Part shown: piece by piece, positions 60,016 through 64,000 of the stretch
Position numbering within the stretch: the stretch's first letter is position 1
Layout of the letters: each line of letters starts with the position of its first letter
Source of the DNA: a virus
Lineage: Duplodnaviria; Caudoviricetes
DNA: 64,000 nucleotides
IMG/VR virus record: IMGVR_UViG_3300023173_000014
Location: 6,791-70,790 of that record
Reading direction: 5' to 3' (one strand)
The notes under the pieces: generated by a model
Seen by the model: the letters and a program-made list of their open reading frames with translations, nothing else
What the model was told of the DNA's origin: nothing
The model's database searches: none
Made by a program: the position numbers and the translations under genes

Positions 60016-62178
60016 TTACATGTCCCGCTTCGCTATCGCTTTGCCGGCTGTTTTCATAATGGTGGTAGTGATCTCAAGCTCATCGAGTTTGTCAGCAAGT
60101 TTGCTATTCAACTCAGTAACCTTAGAGAGCACAGTTTCATAACTGCCACCGGCATCCACGAGAACCATCGCATAACGAAGTAACTGGTTGTTCCGGTTAC
60201 CGTCACCTGTGTTGTTGAGTACCCAACGTTCCAGGTTACTGAGCTGTTGTTGATCCTGGAGGACCTTCTTACGCTCTTCGTTTTTGCTGGTTTTAGGGAT
60301 GAATGGGAGGATGTCCAGGAGCTTACCGTCGTTGTACTGGTACTGTCCGTCATGGGAAGCCCACTTACGGGCACGCTGTCCGGTAACGTCATCAACTTCA
60401 AATGGAAGCCAGGAATACACAGCTTTCATAAATTCGTTGAATTCGTCTGCATCCAACTTCAGTCGATGACTGGTTGGGATAACCAGGCGATAGCAGTGCT
60501 TATCTGCAGCGTGCGACTTAGTGGTATAGAGCAGGAACTTGTAGTCTTTCAACAGACCTGCGACCACGTTGATCGGAGCATTGCCATCGATGTCCAGGAC
60601 AATGGTGTTGAAGCCTGCAATGGCCTTACCTTCTTCACGGTGACCGTCCAAGAGATGATGGTTAGTCCAGTGATAGTCCTTCATCTGAGTCAGACGATGG
60701 AGCTGGTCAAACTTCACTTCTTCGTTGGTGTACCCGTAGGCAATGTCCTGGGAGTACGAGACGACGATCTCATCCAGATTGGTTTCCTGTAAGGCTTCGC
60801 CACGGAGGAACTCAATACCATCTTCAAATGCTTTCTTGATGATGATGTTGTTCTGATAACCAAAGGCAATTGCCAAGGTCATCATTTCGTTCTTCTGTGC
60901 AGTTGATCCCTTGTAGAAAGGGAGATCCTCTACAAGATCGGCCTGGGTTACCTGATGCCCCACAGAAGCAATGTAACGTGCCAACTTGGCGTAGTTGCGT
61001 TCACGCTTCATCAACATGTCGAAGGACTCACCTGACGCTTCTACGAGCTTGATGGCCTGGTACAGGTTGAGCATCGTGATCTCAGGGGAATCGTCAACGA
61101 AAGCGTATGCACCGGCTACCTTCAGAGCTTTGAAGTAACGGTGAGCCATCTCAGCTTTACGCATCTCATCGTGTTCAGGCATCGCCTCTGCTTTCTGTTC
61201 ACATTGCAGACGGTACTCAATGAGTGCCATTGCAACGTCCTGCTGCATCACCAAGGCCTTATTGGCGTTGATCATGTTAGCCAGGTTACAGAAACGCTTA
61301 GAGAGGTCGTCCAGGTAGTTGTTGGACACCTGCGATGTGTGCATGTCGTAGACTTCACGGACAGTCATGCTGTGGTCACGTTTGTGTTGACGTACGTACC
61401 CAAACAAGCAACGGCGTGCGTAACCGGTGTCCAGCATAGAAAGAAACTCTTCCTCTACCTTGTCACCATTCAAGAGCTTGCTTGGTGTACCGAACAGCAA
61501 CATGTTTGCTGGGGTTCGGCCTTGGATCTCTTCGGCACGTTGGTTGTCAGTCGTGTTCTTCACCAGTTTCTGTTTGATACGGCCTACGTCGTACAACTCC
61601 AGGAACGTGGTAAGCACTTCAGCCTGACCCAGTAACTTAGAACCAATCTCATCGATCTGAAGGTTCAGTGAGCCTGTACCTGCCAGCAACAGCTTGTGAC
61701 GTGCTTGTTTAACCGCTGCTTCAGTACCTGAATCGAAGATGGGGATCATAGGACCCTGGCGGCGATACTCTGCAACCAACTTTTCAAACTCATCGTCGTT
61801 GTCAGTACCGTTACGTAATGCTCGCTGGTTTCCCAAGTCTGCTAAGCGACGCTCCGCCAAGATAGGTAGTGTTTCCTGAGTGAACACATGAAAGAACTCT
61901 TTCAGGACTTGCTCTTCCAGCAGACTGGTAGACAAGCCTTTGCCCATACCCGAAGTACCCAGGTTAATGGCATACGCATTGACTGGAATATCTCCACGAT
62001 CGTGAGTACGTACCGTAGTGCCCATCATGGCTGCAGCTACTGAAAAGTAGTAACCCACTAACACACGGAAAAAGTCCGGGTTAGTGTTTTGGGTTTTCTG
62101 CATCAAGATGGAGGTTAACTTTTCACTGTCTGGATGGAAGGTCATCTGTTCGACAGGAATGAGGAATGATTCACTCAT
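60016..62178 (-). CDS. DNA primase (N4 gp43-like)
   Basis: SGMGKG, DEIG.KL, LDIDG, YTTKSH, GNRNNQL.RYA. Confidence 0.88.
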   Translation of the reverse strand: MSESFLIPVEQMTFHPDSEKLTSILMQKTQNTNPDFFRVLVGYYFSVAAAMMGTTVRTHDRGDIPVNAYAINLGTSGMGKGLSTSLLEEQVLKEFFHVFTQETLPILAERRLADLGNQRALRNGTDNDDEFEKLVAEYRRQGPMIPIFDSGTEAAVKQARHKLLLAGTGSLNLQIDEIGSKLLGQAEVLTTFLELYDVGRIKQKLVKNTTDNQRAEEIQGRTPANMLLFGTPSKLLNGDKVEEEFLSMLDTGYARRCLFGYVRQHKRDHSMTVREVYDMHTSQVSNNYLDDLSKRFCNLANMINANKALVMQQDVAMALIEYRLQCEQKAEAMPEHDEMRKAEMAHRYFKALKVAGAYAFVDDSPEITMLNLYQAIKLVEASGESFDMLMKRERNYAKLARYIASVGHQVTQADLVEDLPFYKGSTAQKNEMMTLAIAFGYQNNIIIKKAFEDGIEFLRGEALQETNLDEIVVSYSQDIAYGYTNEEVKFDQLHRLTQMKDYHWTNHHLLDGHREEGKAIAGFNTIVLDIDGNAPINVVAGLLKDYKFLLYTTKSHAADKHCYRLVIPTSHRLKLDADEFNEFMKAVYSWLPFEVDDVTGQRARKWASHDGQYQYNDGKLLDILPFIPKTSKNEERKKVLQDQQQLSNLERWVLNNTGDGNRNNQLLRYAMVLVDAGGSYETVLSKVTELNSKLADKLDELEITTTIMKTAGKAIAKRDM

Positions 62179-62187
62179 AAACCCTCC

Positions 62188-63168
62188 TTAAAGTTTGAGT
62201 GAGCCGTCTGCAAGATAAACATCTTTCTGAGTGCAGACAGAAAAGGCTGGACAGTATTTACAAGCCTTCACCGTACCTGGCACTTCGACCACCACACCGA
62301 CATTACCGTCTTCTGAGAGTCGGATATTGGCGTCGTGTAGGTTGTCAAAGTTTTTGGTGGAACGGCGGCGGCTGTCAGGATTTTTGTAGTACTTAAACAC
62401 TGGTGCATCACGCCACAGCTCCTTGTCGGTGCAGTGAGGTAACTCTGGTTCCGGAGTGTCTTTGTACTTGTCGATGGCCATCAGCTTCTGAGAGATGAAT
62501 GCTTCCGTTTCGGGAATAGTCATCAGCGGGATAAGCTGAGGCACCACACGATTTGGTGGATAGTTGTTACCGTGTGCTTGCCCTGGTTTCCAGTCGGTAA
62601 AGATGAACGTAATACGCATTTCATCTTCAGTGACTAATTCCGGGTTAAGCCAACGATAGATACTGCCTTGAAGACGGTAATCTTCTGTTTTGTTCTGGTT
62701 TGACCAGGTAAACGTACTGGTGGTCTTAAAGTCTTCGATACGACCTTCAGCGAGGAAGTCGTACTTACCCGAGATCGTGACTCCCAGGATCTCTTTGTAA
62801 GACCGTTGTTCCAGATACACCGGGATGTCATCTTCTTCCAGCTCGTCTGGTACTGGGTTGACCTTAATACGGTCGATGACACGCTGTGGGAAGTTCAGTT
62901 TGCGTAGAGCATGTTCAGGACCGTCGGTCCAAGACTTCTCGATAGCATCGTGAATTGCTTGCCCTACACGGCTGGCAACCAGATCAGAGACGTCCACAAT
63001 ACCGTCTTCCGGAGGAACACGTTTACTGAGGATAATCTGACGTAAAGGCTTCAGTAATGCAGTGGCACTGATGGTTTTATCATCGTGATCGTAATTATCT
63101 GAGGCCAGGAACACAGCAACCGACAGGGGTAATGCTGCTGAATTAGCATAGCGTGCTACTTCTGCCAT
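62188..63168 (-). CDS. PD-(D/E)XK exonuclease (N4 gp42-like)
   Basis: SAT.LLKP.RQ.IL, G.AIH, SGKYD, DFKTTS, C.YC....C.Q; start position uncertain. Confidence 0.85.
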   Translation of the reverse strand: MAEVARYANSAALPLSVAVFLASDNYDHDDKTISATALLKPLRQIILSKRVPPEDGIVDVSDLVASRVGQAIHDAIEKSWTDGPEHALRKLNFPQRVIDRIKVNPVPDELEEDDIPVYLEQRSYKEILGVTISGKYDFLAEGRIEDFKTTSTFTWSNQNKTEDYRLQGSIYRWLNPELVTEDEMRITFIFTDWKPGQAHGNNYPPNRVVPQLIPLMTIPETEAFISQKLMAIDKYKDTPEPELPHCTDKELWRDAPVFKYYKNPDSRRRSTKNFDNLHDANIRLSEDGNVGVVVEVPGTVKACKYCPAFSVCTQKDVYLADGSLKL

Positions 63169-63226
63169 AGGAGAATTCCAAAGTTGAGTGTGAGGTAAAA
63201 GGTGTGGGGCTTTCGCCCCGAAGGGA

Positions 63227-63652
63227 TCAGTTAAGGTGGGCTTCTCGGTACGCACTCTCTGCTGCGAGTGAGGCATACGATACGCCGTCGACGAGGCTGT
63301 CCTCGTGATACCGTCCTTGTGATCGAACCATTTTCAGGATTTCCATGAAACGCCATCCGTCAGTTTCGGAAATGGAAAGTCCTGTGAGGGTGTTGAACAT
63401 CTTCACAACTTTACCCATCGATCGTTCGTTAACGCCTTCAGGGTCATACTCTGCAGCCCGTGAATCCTGTGTTTCTGACGCTTTATGCAGGTACTGCTTG
63501 GACGTTTGTCCGTGAGCGGCGCATACATCGATGTCAGACATCAAAGGGGAATCGGGTTGTTCTTCATTCACATGAAGGCAGGTGATGCAGAAGTCGTGGT
63601 CGAGGTGTCGTGGGTTGTTGCAGCCAATGTTATTGCAAGTCTTGACAGGCAT
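63227..63652 (-). CDS. protein with N-terminal Cys/His cluster and a DUF6378-like domain
   Basis: ERSM..V...FN..TG........W.FM..LK..R.....H.DS..D...Y..L..E. Confidence 0.7.
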   Translation of the reverse strand: MPVKTCNNIGCNNPRHLDHDFCITCLHVNEEQPDSPLMSDIDVCAAHGQTSKQYLHKASETQDSRAAEYDPEGVNERSMGKVVKMFNTLTGLSISETDGWRFMEILKMVRSQGRYHEDSLVDGVSYASLAAESAYREAHLN

Positions 63653-63776
63653 TTTGATTTCTCAAGGTTTCGTGAAGAAGGGCCTTGGAGTAAACCATGC
63701 ACAATTTCTAAAATTTTGACTTTTTAGTAAGGAGCGGGTTTAATCCGCGCCCCTCTTTACTGATTGTTATCATAAA

Positions 63777-63791
63777 CCTCCCGGAGGGAGG
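63777..63791 (-). promoter_or_regulatory. C-GGA-G hairpin element
   Basis: CCTCCC-GGA-GGGAGG, 16 nt after the nrdA stop; a TCAGTAAAG motif follows on minus at 63763-63755. Confidence 0.45.
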
Positions 63792-63807
63792 CTTCCCTTC
63801 TACTGAG

Positions 63808-64000
63808 TTACGCAGAACAAGCTACGCACTCATTGTTAATCACTACACCACTACGAGAGTAGATGTAGTACAGGCTCAGGATGTTTTCGTCCAAGAAAGC
63901 CTTGCGATGCAAGCGAGCAATCCGTTCTTCATCACCGTCTTCAGAGACGTAGAAGTTCAGGGATTGTCCCTGACACAGATACGGTTGACGTGGAGGTACA
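63808..64000 (-). CDS. nrdA: ribonucleotide reductase alpha subunit, C-terminal fragment
   Basis: Hand-translated ...RQPYLCQGQSLNFY...LHRKAF...LYYIYSRSG...ECVACSA* (QGQSLN, LYY and terminal CxxC). Confidence 0.85.
   Translation of the reverse strand, partial: VPPRQPYLCQGQSLNFYVSEDGDEERIARLHRKAFLDENILSLYYIYSRSGVVINNECVACSA

Noticed and set aside
1-64000. CRISPR array, host flanks, reverse transcriptase/DGR, introns or inteins
   Set aside because: No spaced repeats, no bacterial housekeeping context and no RT motifs seen. Polymerase, terminase and helicase are continuous and of ordinary length.

Overview
The whole window is a circularly permuted N4-like (Schitoviridae-type) phage genome, with no host DNA visible. 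The early/late junction, and probably the physical termini, lies at about 30.7 kb. Leftward from it run early genes, a gp2/Drc-like cofactor, two-subunit RNAP II, an AAA+/VWA module, helicase, family A DNA polymerase, ligase and dCMP deaminase. Rightward run the late block (endolysin, terminase, portal, capsid, ejection proteins, 3411-aa virion RNA polymerase) and then the convergent resolvase-SSB-primase-exonuclease-nrdA block. Main points of interest: (1) seven otherwise unrelated small middle proteins share a C-terminal motif and surround a ClpX-like ATPase that lacks its ClpP-docking loop, next to a MoxR AAA+ and an HExxH-VWA protein, suggesting a modular adaptor/remodelling system; (2) an xis-int module with an intact attP matching the 3' 54 nt of tRNA-Phe, indicating a temperate N4-like phage; (3) a cluster of structured non-coding elements at 3.5-4.7 kb, including a 105-nt CCA-ended tRNA mimic with a giant D-arm; (4) several families of hairpin regulatory elements; (5) two candidate immune-signal sponge proteins. 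Protein family calls and N4 gene numbers come from motif recognition and recalled synteny, not from database searches.
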